Under the pieces are notes generated by a model. That model made no database searches and was not told where the DNA came from. It was given only the letters and a program-made list of their open reading frames with translations. A program made the position numbers and the translations under genes. DNA of 64,000 nucleotides from an uncultured Chloroflexia bacterium (GTDB lineage Bacteria; Chloroflexota; Limnocylindria; QHBO01). Positions 1-9,516 of the stretch are shown here, piece after piece; the first letter of the stretch is position 1; each line of letters opens with the position of its first letter. The stretch lies in assembly GCA_963825525.1 (NCBI GenBank), contig CAWGTN010000002.1, positions 224,001 to 288,000 of the forward strand, in the 5' to 3' direction.

Positions 1-896
1 CACCACGCTCTGCCGGCTCATGGCGCCGATCACGCCGCACCTGACGGACGCGATATGGGACAACCTGGTGGCGACGGTGGACGCCTCTCAGCCCGATAGC
101 GTGCACCTCACCGACTTCCCCGAGCGCGTCCGGGGCCGAGCCGATCCGGCATTGGACGCCGCCGTCGACCTGGCCCGACGAACGGTCGCCCTGGGCCGTG
201 CGGCGCGGGCGGCCACCGGGCTGCGGACCCGGCAGCCATTGCGGGCGGCACGGGTGAAGCTGCCCGCTGGCGCCACCGGATTCTCGAGCGATGCGGCACT
301 CGACGACGAGCTCAGACAGGAGATCCAGGACGAGCTCAACGTCCACGAGATCGGCTTCATCCCGAAGGAATCGGAGCTTGTCGAGCGCGCGCTCTATCCG
401 CTGTTGCCGGTGATCGGCCCGCGTCACGGTGCCGCGGTGGGGGCGATCATGGCGGCAACGCGCTCCGGCGACTGGACGCTGAACGACGACGGCACGGCAA
501 CGGTCGGCGGGGCGACGCTTCAGCCGGACGAGTTCCAGCTGACGGCGCGGGCGCGCGCCGGGCACGAGGTCGCGGAAGAGGGCGATGTCCTCGTGGCGCT
601 CGACACCGAGGTCGACGAGGAGCTCGCCGCGGAGGGCATGGCGCGCGAGGTCGCGCATCGGCTCCAGGCGCTTCGCCGCAGCGCCGGCTACGAGATCAGC
701 GATCGCGTGCGAGTGGCGATCGATACCGACCCGGGCACGACAGAGCGGCTCGGTGCGCATCGCGACTGGCTGGCCGACGAGCTCCTCGCCACGACGGTCG
801 GAGATCGGGCCGTCGGCCGTGCTCGAGGCGCCGGATGCATCCGACACGATCGAGATCGACGGAACGGAGCTGGGCCTCACGGTCGCTCGCGCCTGA
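1..896 (+). CDS. ileS: Isoleucyl-tRNA synthetase, C-terminal part (5' truncated by the window; apparent +1 frameshift near 800)
   Basis: Motifs MAPITPH, SVHLTDFP, RTRQPL, ELNV, EGMAREVAHRLQALRR and GYEISDR match the type-2 IleRS C-terminus. The natural end (IEIDGTELGLTVARA*) lies in the +1 frame with TGA at 894-896. The gene precedes lspA. Confidence 0.9.
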
Positions 897-924
897 CGCA
901 GCCCACGTCGGCTAGAGTGAGGCG

Positions 925-1443
925 GTGGAGGCCGCGGCGGAACGAGACGCATCAATGAGGCCCGTGCTCGTGCTGGCGGGCACGGCGATCGTGCTGTATG
1001 CCGCCGACCAGGTCACGAAGCAGCTCGTGGTGGCCAACATGGCCTTTGGCGAACGGGTGGACGTCATCGGCTCGCTTGCCCAGCTCTGGCACGTCCGCAA
1101 CACCGGCGCCGCGTTCAGCATCCTGCCGGGCGCCACCTGGCTCTTCATCCCGGTGACGATCGCGGCGATCGGCATGGTCGTGTACTTCCATCGGACGCTT
1201 CGCTTCGCGGGGCCGTGGGTGCAGGTCATCCTGGGTGCCATCCTGGCGGGCGCACTCGGCAACCTCACCGACCGGATCCGGCTCGGGTATGTCGTCGATT
1301 TCGTGAGCCTGGGATTCGGCAACACCCGCTTTCCGACATTCAACGTCGCCGACTCGGCGGTCGTGCTCGGCATCGGAGCCCTGGTCGGATACCTGACCTT
1401 TTTCGCCCCCTCGCCCCCTCCGGCGTCGGAGCAGGCGGAGTGA
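925..1443 (+). CDS. lspA: Lipoprotein signal peptidase II
   Basis: DQVTK, NTGAAF, GNLTDR and FNVAD catalytic motifs; transmembrane segments. Confidence 0.96.
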   Translation: MEAAAERDASMRPVLVLAGTAIVLYAADQVTKQLVVANMAFGERVDVIGSLAQLWHVRNTGAAFSILPGATWLFIPVTIAAIGMVVYFHRTLRFAGPWVQVILGAILAGALGNLTDRIRLGYVVDFVSLGFGNTRFPTFNVADSAVVLGIGALVGYLTFFAPSPPPASEQAE

Positions 1444-2411
1444 CGCCGTCCGAGGACCGAACGATCGAGGGGCCTGCCCCCGCCGGCCGCGTTGACCTGG
1501 CCGTCTCGAGCGTCGGGGGCATCAGCCGCGCGCACGCACAACGGCTCATCGGCGATGGTCGAGCGCTCATCGACGGGTCCTCCCGACGCGCCAGTGATCG
1601 TCTCGTCGGCGGCGAGATCGTGCACGTCGTGCTCAGCGCGCCGCCCGACGAGACGCTGCTTCCCGAGTCGATCCCGTTCGGGGTGGCGTACGAGGACGAG
1701 ACGATGCTGATCGTCGACAAGCCGGCCGGGCTGGTCGTCCATCCCTCGGCCGGCCATGGCAGCGGAACGCTGGTCAACGCCCTGCTGGGTCGGTCACGGG
1801 ATCGCGGCGAGTCGCTGGGCTCGATTGCCGGGGTTGGCCGCCCCGGAATCGTGCATCGGCTCGACAAGGAGACGAGCGGGCTGATCGTGGTGGCGAAGTC
1901 CGACCTGGCCCAATCGAGCCTCATGCGGCAGTTCGGGGATCGCAGCATCGAGAAGGAGTACCTCGCCCTGGTCCGCGGGGATGCGCCGTCCCCGAGAGGT
2001 CGGGTCGAGGCGCCCATCGGGCGAGATCCACGCGACCGTCAGCGCATGGCGGTGGTGGCCGGCGGCAGGGAATCCGTCACCGAGTACGAGGTCGTGGCCA
2101 TCGGCGGTGGATACACGCTCCTGGTCCTCCGACCACTCACCGGCCGCACCCATCAGATCAGAGCGCACCTGTCATACCTCGGGCTGCCGATCGCCGGCGA
2201 CCTGCGCTACGGCGGCGGGGAGGGCCCGGGTGGCCTGCGCCGCCAGTTCCTCCATGCGGCGCGCCTCCGTCTGGAACGGCCCACCGACGGCCGGCGCCTC
2301 CACGCCTGGAGTGAGCTGCCCGCTGACCTTGCCGCCTGCCTGACGACCGCCGGAGTTGTCGTGCCCCAGGGCCGAGTTCCGGTGGGTGTCGGCGCCGAGG
2401 TGGAGGCATGA
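1440..2411 (+). CDS. rluD: RluA-family pseudouridine synthase (RluD-like)
   Basis: S4-like N-terminus, DKPAGLVVHP, HRLDKETSG, TGRTHQIR, QFLHA. GTG start overlaps the lspA stop (GTGA). Confidence 0.92.
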   Translation: MTPSEDRTIEGPAPAGRVDLAVSSVGGISRAHAQRLIGDGRALIDGSSRRASDRLVGGEIVHVVLSAPPDETLLPESIPFGVAYEDETMLIVDKPAGLVVHPSAGHGSGTLVNALLGRSRDRGESLGSIAGVGRPGIVHRLDKETSGLIVVAKSDLAQSSLMRQFGDRSIEKEYLALVRGDAPSPRGRVEAPIGRDPRDRQRMAVVAGGRESVTEYEVVAIGGGYTLLVLRPLTGRTHQIRAHLSYLGLPIAGDLRYGGGEGPGGLRRQFLHAARLRLERPTDGRRLHAWSELPADLAACLTTAGVVVPQGRVPVGVGAEVEA

Positions 2412-3046
2412 ACGTGGACGAGGCGCAGGCAGACGCGCAGAAGCGCATGACCTTCCCGAACCCGATGCTGGTGGTGGTCTCGGGTCCGTCGGGCGTCGGC
2501 AAGAGCACGATCGTGGCGGAGCTTGCACGCCGGCATCCGCAGGTCGTCCCGATCGTGACCGCCACCACCCGTGATCAGCGCGATGGCGAGCTGCACGGCG
2601 TGCACTACCACTTCATGGCTCCCGACGAATTCGTGGCGCTGCGCGACAGCGGCGGCCTGCTGGAGTGGGCCGAGGTCCACGGCAAGCTGTACGGCACGCC
2701 GGTCGACCAGGTGCGCGGCATCCTGGCGGCGGGGCGTGATGCCATCCTGACGATCGACCCGCAGGGGGCTCGCCAGGTCCGAGCCTCGGTTCCCGATGCG
2801 CTGCTCGTGTTCGTGAAGCCTCCCAGCATGGAGGACCTGGCGCATCGGCTCGAGGCCCGGGGCAGCGAGTCCGCGGAGTCACTCGCACGACGGCAGCGAG
2901 ACGCTCGGCAATGGATGGCCGATATCGACGGGTACGACCACGTCGTGGTCAACGAGACCGGACATCCCGAGGAGGCTGCCGAGCTCATCTGGGAGATCAT
3001 CCAGGCCGAAGCCCGCCGCGAGCCGCCGCGAAGACCACGGGTCTAG
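2408..3046 (+). CDS. gmk: Guanylate kinase
   Basis: SGPSGVGKST P-loop, TTR..R.GE..G..YHF, YGTP, IDPQGA. Confidence 0.96.
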   Translation: MNVDEAQADAQKRMTFPNPMLVVVSGPSGVGKSTIVAELARRHPQVVPIVTATTRDQRDGELHGVHYHFMAPDEFVALRDSGGLLEWAEVHGKLYGTPVDQVRGILAAGRDAILTIDPQGARQVRASVPDALLVFVKPPSMEDLAHRLEARGSESAESLARRQRDARQWMADIDGYDHVVVNETGHPEEAAELIWEIIQAEARREPPRRPRV

Positions 3047-3051
3047 CCCGC

Positions 3052-5412
3052 ATGAGTCCGACGGATCGCGTGGTGCGCGTGGCCGTTGACGCACTCGCCG
3101 ATCGTCCCGAGCGCACGTTCAGCTACCGCGTGCCAGCGGATGTCGATGTGCCGGCACCCGGCTCCCTGGTCCTGGTGCCATACGGGCGACGCGTCGCGCT
3201 CGGCTACGTGATGGAAGGCGAGGTCGGACCGGCGGAGGCGGATCTCAAGGAGATCGAGGCGGTCGTGTCGCGGCCGATGCTGACTCCGGACCTGCTCGTC
3301 CTTGCCGAGGCAATTGCCGCGTACTACCGCGCACCCGTCGGAACGACGTTGGCGGCGATGCTGCCACCCGGGCTCGAGTCACGCCTGTCGCGCACGTGGG
3401 AGGTGCTCGATCCGGGCGCGCTTCCGCCGGGCCTGGCGGGTGCGGCGGTCGCCGGCGAGACGGCTGTCGGATGCGGCCGTCTTGCGCGCGGCACCCAGAC
3501 GCGGACGCGATGCCTGGCTGGAGCGCATGCGCCGCACGGGCGCGCTCCGATCGCGAATGGGAGCTCCGATCGGCCGAGACATCACCGCGGCGCATCCGCG
3601 TCGTTGCGTCCGCTGGCGGGGGATGCGGAGCCACCTCGCCGGGCGCCGGTGCAGCGAGCCCTGCTCGATGCCCTCGGGACCGAGGAGCGGACGATGGCCG
3701 AGCTCGCCGACCTCCTCGGAACCGACGCGTCGTCGCTGCTGGGTCCCGCTCGCCGCCTCGTGGCGCTGGGACGCGCGGAGATGGACTGGCGGATCGTCGA
3801 GCGAAGCCCGCTGGCGCATCGGGCCGAGCAACCGGATCCGCGCAGCAACCTGGCGGCCGAGCAGCGAACGGCGGTGGATGCGATCGGAGCGTTGCGCCCC
3901 GGCGGCGAGCTGCTGCTGCAGGGCGTCGCCGCATCGGGCAAGACGGACGTCTACCTGGCGGCCGCGGTCGAGACGATCGCCGCCGGTCGCTCCGTCATCA
4001 TCGGGGTTCCGGAGATGAGCCTCGTCCCCCAGATCGCCGATCGACTGCGGGCCACGATCGGTGACGCCCTGGGAGTCCTGCATTCCGGCCTGTCGGCGGG
4101 GGAGCGCCACGATGAGTGGTGGCGGATTCTGCGCGGCGAGGTGACCGTGGTGGTCGGCACGCGGACCGCGCTCTTCGCTCCGCTTCCGGACCTTGGGTTG
4201 ATCGTCATCGACGAGGAGCATGAGGGGGCGTACAAGTCCGATCGGACCCCGCGCTACGACGCGCGCTGGGTCGCGCGCCAACGCGCCGTGACCACCGGGG
4301 CGCGGGCCGTGTTCGGCAGCGCGACGCCCGACCTCGTCAGCATGGCGCGCGTGCGCGGAGGTCACGCCGAGCGGGTCGAGCTGGTGGAGCGGCGGGTGGG
4401 AGCGGTGCCGAGCATCGAGCTCGCCGACCTGCGTGCCGAGCTGGCGGGCGGCAACCGGTCGATCTTCTCCCAGGCGCTGGACGACGCGCTGCGAGCCATG
4501 GTCCGCGGCCAGGATCAGGCCGTGCTGCTCATCAACCGACGCGGTGCGGCAACGTTCATCCTGTGCCGCGACTGCGGTGAGAGCCTGCGCTGCCCGGACT
4601 GCGACCTGCCCTTCGTGTACCACCTCGATGGCCGAAACCTGCGATGCCATCACTGCGGACGTTCCGGCACTCCGCCCGACGCCTGCCCCAGCTGTGCAAG
4701 CCCACGGATCCGCTACTTCGGCGCCGGCACGCAGCGGGTCGAGGCCGAGCTTCGAGCGCGCTATCCCAGCCTGAGGATCGGCCGCCTCGACTCCGATGCG
4801 CTCAGTGCGCGGCGCGGCTTCGAGACGATCTATGACGACTTCCGCGAGGGGCGCACCGACGTGCTGGTCGGGACGCAGCTCGCCGCCAAGGGCCTCGATC
4901 TGCCGTCGGTGACGCTCGCCGCCGTGGTCGCCGCGGACGTCACGCTCAACCTCCCCGACTATCGTGCGGCGGAACGCACGTTCCAGCTCCTGGCCCAGGT
5001 GGCCGGCCGGGCCGGTCGGGGGCCACGGCCCGGTCGCGTCATCATCCAGACCTACGCTCCGGGCCACTACGCCGTGCGGGCCGCGGCCGCGTTGGATGTC
5101 GACGGCTTCGCCGACGAAGAGCTGCTGCGACGTCGCCTGCTCGGCTATCCGCCGTTCGGCGTGCTCGCGCGTCTCCTGATCTCGGATGCCGATCGCGCAC
5201 GCGCCGAATCCCGCGGGCGGGCCGCCGTCGAGGCGGTGAGCACGCCGGGCGTGGAGGTTCTCGGACCCAACCCGGCGTACGTCGCGCGGCGTGCCGGCCG
5301 GTTCCGCATGCAGGTCGTGATCCGCGCACCCGATGCGGCCGCTCGCCTCGGTGCGCTCGAGCGGGTGCCGCCGGGGATCGCGATCGACGTCGACCCCGAG
5401 TCACTCCTGTGA
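3052..5412 (+). CDS. priA: Primosomal protein N' (replication restart helicase); three mutually compensating +1 frameshifts at about 3460-3605
   Basis: N-terminal FSY..P/LVPYG, GVAASGKT, DEEH, Cys-rich zinc knuckles, GTQRVE, QVAGRAGR and C-terminal IDVDP. Start set at ATG 3052, after the gmk stop. Confidence 0.95.
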   Translation: MSPTDRVVRVAVDALADRPERTFSYRVPADVDVPAPGSLVLVPYGRRVALGYVMEGEVGPAEADLKEIEAVVSRPMLTPDLLVLAEAIAAYYRAPVGTTLAAMLPPGLESRLSRTWEVLDPGALPPGLAGAAVAGETAVGCGRLARGTQTRTRCLAGAHAPHGRAPIANGSSDRPRHHRGASASLRPLAGDAEPPRRAPVQRALLDALGTEERTMAELADLLGTDASSLLGPARRLVALGRAEMDWRIVERSPLAHRAEQPDPRSNLAAEQRTAVDAIGALRPGGELLLQGVAASGKTDVYLAAAVETIAAGRSVIIGVPEMSLVPQIADRLRATIGDALGVLHSGLSAGERHDEWWRILRGEVTVVVGTRTALFAPLPDLGLIVIDEEHEGAYKSDRTPRYDARWVARQRAVTTGARAVFGSATPDLVSMARVRGGHAERVELVERRVGAVPSIELADLRAELAGGNRSIFSQALDDALRAMVRGQDQAVLLINRRGAATFILCRDCGESLRCPDCDLPFVYHLDGRNLRCHHCGRSGTPPDACPSCASPRIRYFGAGTQRVEAELRARYPSLRIGRLDSDALSARRGFETIYDDFREGRTDVLVGTQLAAKGLDLPSVTLAAVVAADVTLNLPDYRAAERTFQLLAQVAGRAGRGPRPGRVIIQTYAPGHYAVRAAAALDVDGFADEELLRRRLLGYPPFGVLARLLISDADRARAESRGRAAVEAVSTPGVEVLGPNPAYVARRAGRFRMQVVIRAPDAAARLGALERVPPGIAIDVDPESLL

Positions 5413-5430
5413 TCGGTACAATCCTGCGCC

Positions 5431-5937
5431 ATGGCCATCCGTCGCATCCTGACCGCAGGAGAATCCATCCTTCGCGAGCGCGCCAAGCGAGTCTCGAACT
5501 TCGACGCGAGTCTCCATCGGCTGCTCGACGACATGCTGGAGACGATGCGTGATGCACCGGGCGTCGGCCTGGCCGCCAACCAGATCGGGGTGCCGCTGCA
5601 GGTCGCGATCATCGAGGTCGACGATCGCATCACGGAGCTCGTGAACCCGCAGATCGTCAAGGGGTCCGGCGAGGATCCCGACTGGGAGGGCTGCCTCTCG
5701 ATCCCGGGGTACGTGGCCGAGGTGACCCGCTTCGAGAAGGTGACGGTCAAGGCGCGAGATCGGCATGGCAAGGAGTTCCGCACTCGAGGAACCGACCTCT
5801 TCGCGCGGGCGTTGCAGCACGAGATCGACCACCTCAACGGGGTCCTCTACATCGACCATCTGGAGTCGATGGATGAGCTGGTGCACGTGAGCGACGCGGC
5901 GGAGGAGGCCGAGGAGCAAGCGGCCGCCGGCATCTAG
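5431..5937 (+). CDS. def: Peptide deformylase
   Basis: GVGLAANQIG, EGCLS, QHEIDHLNG. Confidence 0.97.
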   Translation: MAIRRILTAGESILRERAKRVSNFDASLHRLLDDMLETMRDAPGVGLAANQIGVPLQVAIIEVDDRITELVNPQIVKGSGEDPDWEGCLSIPGYVAEVTRFEKVTVKARDRHGKEFRTRGTDLFARALQHEIDHLNGVLYIDHLESMDELVHVSDAAEEAEEQAAAGI

Positions 5938-6890
5938 TGGCCGGTATCGGGCGGATTGCATTCCTCGGAACCGGCGCGTTCGGCGTCCCGCTGCTCGGGC
6001 GCATCCTCGACCTGGCCGATGACCTGCTGGTCGTCAGCCAGCCGGATCGCCCCGCGGGCCGCAGACTCCAGATCCGCGCCACCCCGGTGGCCGAATTCGC
6101 CCGCGAGCGCGATGTGCCCGTCCTCACGCCCCGACGCCTGCGAGACGACGAGACGCGAGGCGAGCTTCGAGCCTACGCCCCGGACGGGCTGGTCCTGGTG
6201 GCCTACGGCCAGCTCGTGCCGTCGGACCTGCTGGAGCTGGCCGAGCGTCCGCCTCTCAACGTCCATCCGTCGCTGCTTCCCCGTCATCGGGGGGCAGCGC
6301 CGGTGGCCGGCACGATCCTGGCCGGCGACGCGGAGGGCGGCGTGTCCCTCATGGTCATGACACCCGAGCTCGACGCGGGGCCAATCGTCAGGCAGTGGAC
6401 GGTTGCGCTCACCGGTCGAGAGACAACGCCCGACCTGGAGCTCCGCCTGGCCGAGCTGGCTGCCGATGTCGTCCCGTCGGAGCTCGAGCGTTGGGCCGCT
6501 GGGCCGATCTCGACGGTCGAGCAGGACCATGCCCTCGCAACGCTCATTCGCCCGTTCTCGCGCGACGATGGGTGGATCGACTGGCATCGGCCGGCCGTGG
6601 AGGTGGATCGCCAGGTCCGGGCGCTCCAGCCATGGCCCGGTGCGTGGAGCACGATCGACGGGCGACGCATCCACATCCGCAGCGCGCGTCCCGTGACCGG
6701 GGTCGACGACATGCCGATCGGTGCCCTGCTCCCGGGCGACCCGCCGTGCGTCGCCTGCGGCATCGGGGCGCTGGCGCTCGAGGTCGTCCAGCCGGAGGGA
6801 CGTGCCGCCATGCCCGCCGCGGATTGGCGGCGTGGACTCGACCGCGAGCACGTGCTCCTCGGCGCGGGACGACCCGCCGAGCCCGCCTGA
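5937..6890 (+). CDS. fmt: Methionyl-tRNA formyltransferase
   Basis: FLGT..F, SQPDRPAGR, VAYG, NVHPSLLPRHRGAAP, LDAGP; follows def. Confidence 0.96.
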   Translation: MAGIGRIAFLGTGAFGVPLLGRILDLADDLLVVSQPDRPAGRRLQIRATPVAEFARERDVPVLTPRRLRDDETRGELRAYAPDGLVLVAYGQLVPSDLLELAERPPLNVHPSLLPRHRGAAPVAGTILAGDAEGGVSLMVMTPELDAGPIVRQWTVALTGRETTPDLELRLAELAADVVPSELERWAAGPISTVEQDHALATLIRPFSRDDGWIDWHRPAVEVDRQVRALQPWPGAWSTIDGRRIHIRSARPVTGVDDMPIGALLPGDPPCVACGIGALALEVVQPEGRAAMPAADWRRGLDREHVLLGAGRPAEPA

Positions 6891-6973
6891 CCTGACCCGG
6901 CCGAGAGCCCGCGCAACCCCGCGCCCGAGGTCGGATATACTCGATTGAGCCCTCACGGAGGTGGGCGCAACCA

Positions 6974-7696
6974 ATGATTTTCGATCCGATCTACATCGTC
7001 GTTCTGGTGGTCACCCTGGCGATCACCGGCTGGGCGGCGTGGCGTGTCCGCTCAACGTATTCCAAGTGGGCGAAGGTGGATTCGGGGATCAACCTCGACG
7101 CCTTTGATTTTGCTCGTCGGCTGCTGGATCGCCAGGGCCTGACGCATGTCAAGATCGAGCCGACCCCCGGCAAGCTCACCGATCACTACGATCCACGTGG
7201 CAAGGTCCTGCGTGTCAGCACCGAGGTCGCCGATGCCTCGGCCCTCACAACGGCGGGTGTGGTGACCGCAAGCTCGCGGCTATCGGTCGCGGCGGCTGCG
7301 GTCATTGCGCACGAGGTCGGGCATGCCCTGCAGGATCATGCCGGCGAACCGGCCATGAAGCTGCGCCAGGCGATCGTCCCGGCCGCCCAGTTCGGGTCCG
7401 GCATCGCCCCGTGGCTGGTCATCGCCGGCGTCTTCCTCAACATCACGGGCCTCGCCATCGTGGGGCTCATCGGCTTCGGCGCGGCGGTGCTCTTCACGTT
7501 CGCCACGCTCCCGGTCGAGATCGGGGCATCGGGCAAGGCCCTTGCCTTCGTGAATGGCCTGGGGATGGTGGGCGAGCGGCAGGACGGAGCGCGTGCCGTA
7601 CTCAAGGCCGCTGCCTGGACATACGTCGCCGGTGCGCTGACCGCACTGCTGACATTCCTGTACTACGCCTGGCTGATCTTCGGTCGGCGTGACTGA
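6974..7696 (+). CDS. Membrane zinc metallopeptidase (YugP / Zn_peptidase_2-like)
   Basis: LTDHYDP, AHEVGHALQ (HExxH), TLPVE..AS, AAAWTYV; Shine-Dalgarno (SD) GGAGG upstream. Confidence 0.88.
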   Translation: MIFDPIYIVVLVVTLAITGWAAWRVRSTYSKWAKVDSGINLDAFDFARRLLDRQGLTHVKIEPTPGKLTDHYDPRGKVLRVSTEVADASALTTAGVVTASSRLSVAAAAVIAHEVGHALQDHAGEPAMKLRQAIVPAAQFGSGIAPWLVIAGVFLNITGLAIVGLIGFGAAVLFTFATLPVEIGASGKALAFVNGLGMVGERQDGARAVLKAAAWTYVAGALTALLTFLYYAWLIFGRRD

Positions 7697-8816
7697 GCTC
7701 GCCATGGCGGGCGACCTGCCGGCCATCAGCGACACCGATTCCGCAACGCTCGCCGCGTGGCTCGAAGCCCGCGGCGAGCCCGCGTACCGCGTGCAGCAGA
7801 TCCTGTCGGGCATGCACCGACCCGCAGCCTCGAGCTTCGAGGATCTGACCGACCTTCCCGATGCCCTGCGGGGCGCCCTGGCCGGCGCCTTCCGATTCAG
7901 CGCCATCGTCGGCAGCCACGTGCTCAATGCCGATGGCGGCATGACCGCCAAGGCCGTCCACGAGCTGGCCGATGGACAGCGCATCGAGTCGGTGCTCATG
8001 CGCTACGCGGCTCGCGGCGCCATGTCGGAGCGCACGACGATCTGCATCAGCTCGCAGGCAGGCTGCGCCGTCAACTGCCCGTTCTGCGCGACGGGTCAGG
8101 CGGGGTTCGGACGACAGCTCACCCCCGGCGAGATCGTCGACCAGGTCCTCCACTGGCACCGACCGCCGTGGAACGCACTGGGTGATGCCAGCAGCGGGCA
8201 CTACAACATCGTGTTCATGGGCATGGGTGAGCCGTTGAACAATGCCGATCGCGTGTTCGAGGCCGTCCGGATGCTCAACGATCCCGATCGGCTCGGCATC
8301 GGCGCACGACATATCACGGTGAGCACCTCGGGCGTGGTCCCGGGCATGGACCGCATGGTGGAGGAGCTGCCCCAGGTGAACCTGGCGATCAGCCTGCACG
8401 CGGCGACCGATACGCTGCGCGACGAGCTCGTCCCGATCAACCGCAAGTGGCCGATTCGCGAGGTCATCGCGGCCGGACGACGGTTCGCCGCTCGGACCGG
8501 GCGCCGGGTGAGCCTGGAGTACGTGATGATCGACGGGTTGAACGATGGCCCCGAGCAGGCCGACGGCCTCATCGAGCTCGCACGCGGTTGGCGATCGCAC
8601 CTGAACCTCATCCCGCTCAACCCCACCCCGGGCTCGCGATGGAGCGGGACGCCCGCGGCCGACATCGAGCGCTTCGTGCGCCGGCTGCGGGACGGCGGTT
8701 GCTCGGTCACCGTCCGTGACACCCGCGGACGCGAGATCGACGCGGCCTGCGGACAGCTCCACGCGCAGCTGGCGGGACGCTCACTTCGCGAGGCGCGAGA
8801 GGCGGCGGGCGCATGA
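7689..8816 (+). CDS. rlmN: 23S rRNA m2A2503 methyltransferase (radical SAM)
   Basis: CISSQAGCAVNCPFC, FMGMGEP, SLHA, IDAACGQL. Confidence 0.95.
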   Translation: MTELAMAGDLPAISDTDSATLAAWLEARGEPAYRVQQILSGMHRPAASSFEDLTDLPDALRGALAGAFRFSAIVGSHVLNADGGMTAKAVHELADGQRIESVLMRYAARGAMSERTTICISSQAGCAVNCPFCATGQAGFGRQLTPGEIVDQVLHWHRPPWNALGDASSGHYNIVFMGMGEPLNNADRVFEAVRMLNDPDRLGIGARHITVSTSGVVPGMDRMVEELPQVNLAISLHAATDTLRDELVPINRKWPIREVIAAGRRFAARTGRRVSLEYVMIDGLNDGPEQADGLIELARGWRSHLNLIPLNPTPGSRWSGTPAADIERFVRRLRDGGCSVTVRDTRGREIDAACGQLHAQLAGRSLREAREAAGA

Positions 8817-9514
8817 GTCGGGCAGCATCGATCAGCGCCAGCATCCTCAACGCGGACTTCGCCCGGTTGGGCTCCGAGGTCGAACGCGCGGCGAACGGCG
8901 GCTGCGACTCGATCCACCTGGACGTCATGGACGGCCACTTCGTGGACAACCTGACGATGGGCCCGGTCGTTGTCGGGTCGATCCGTGGCGTCACAGACCT
9001 TCCGTTTCACACCCACCTCATGATCAGCAATCCGCTGGCGTACGCCGCCCGCTTCGCGGAGGCGGGGAGCGACCTCATCGCGTTCCACGTCGAGGCCGAT
9101 GATGATCCGGCCGCTGTCATCGACGCCATCACGGCGAGCGGACGGCGTCCGGGCATCGCGCTCAACCCGGAGACCTCGGCCGATGCGATTCTGCCGTTCC
9201 TGGAGCGGGTCGAGATGGTGCTGGTCATGACCGTGCATCCCGGATGGGGTGGGCAGGAGTTCATCGAGTCCGTGCTGCCGAAGATCGAGGCCATCCGCGC
9301 CGAGCTTGACCGACGGGAGCTCGACGTCTCGATCGGGGTGGATGGTGGAGTGAACCTCAAGACGATCGGGCGCGCGCGTGCGGCCGGTGGAGACGTGCTG
9401 GTGACGGGCAGTGCCCTGTACAGTACGGACGGTGACCTGACGCCCACGGTCGCCGCACTTCGCACCGCCGCAGGCGGTGTCCGACCACCCGCCAACGACG
9501 CCGGAAGGACCTGA
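8813..9514 (+). CDS. rpe: Ribulose-phosphate 3-epimerase
   Basis: HLDVMDGHFV.N, HLMI, MTV.PG.GGQ, VDGG, GSA. Confidence 0.96.
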   Translation: MSRAASISASILNADFARLGSEVERAANGGCDSIHLDVMDGHFVDNLTMGPVVVGSIRGVTDLPFHTHLMISNPLAYAARFAEAGSDLIAFHVEADDDPAAVIDAITASGRRPGIALNPETSADAILPFLERVEMVLVMTVHPGWGGQEFIESVLPKIEAIRAELDRRELDVSIGVDGGVNLKTIGRARAAGGDVLVTGSALYSTDGDLTPTVAALRTAAGGVRPPANDAGRT

Positions 9515-9516
9515 TC

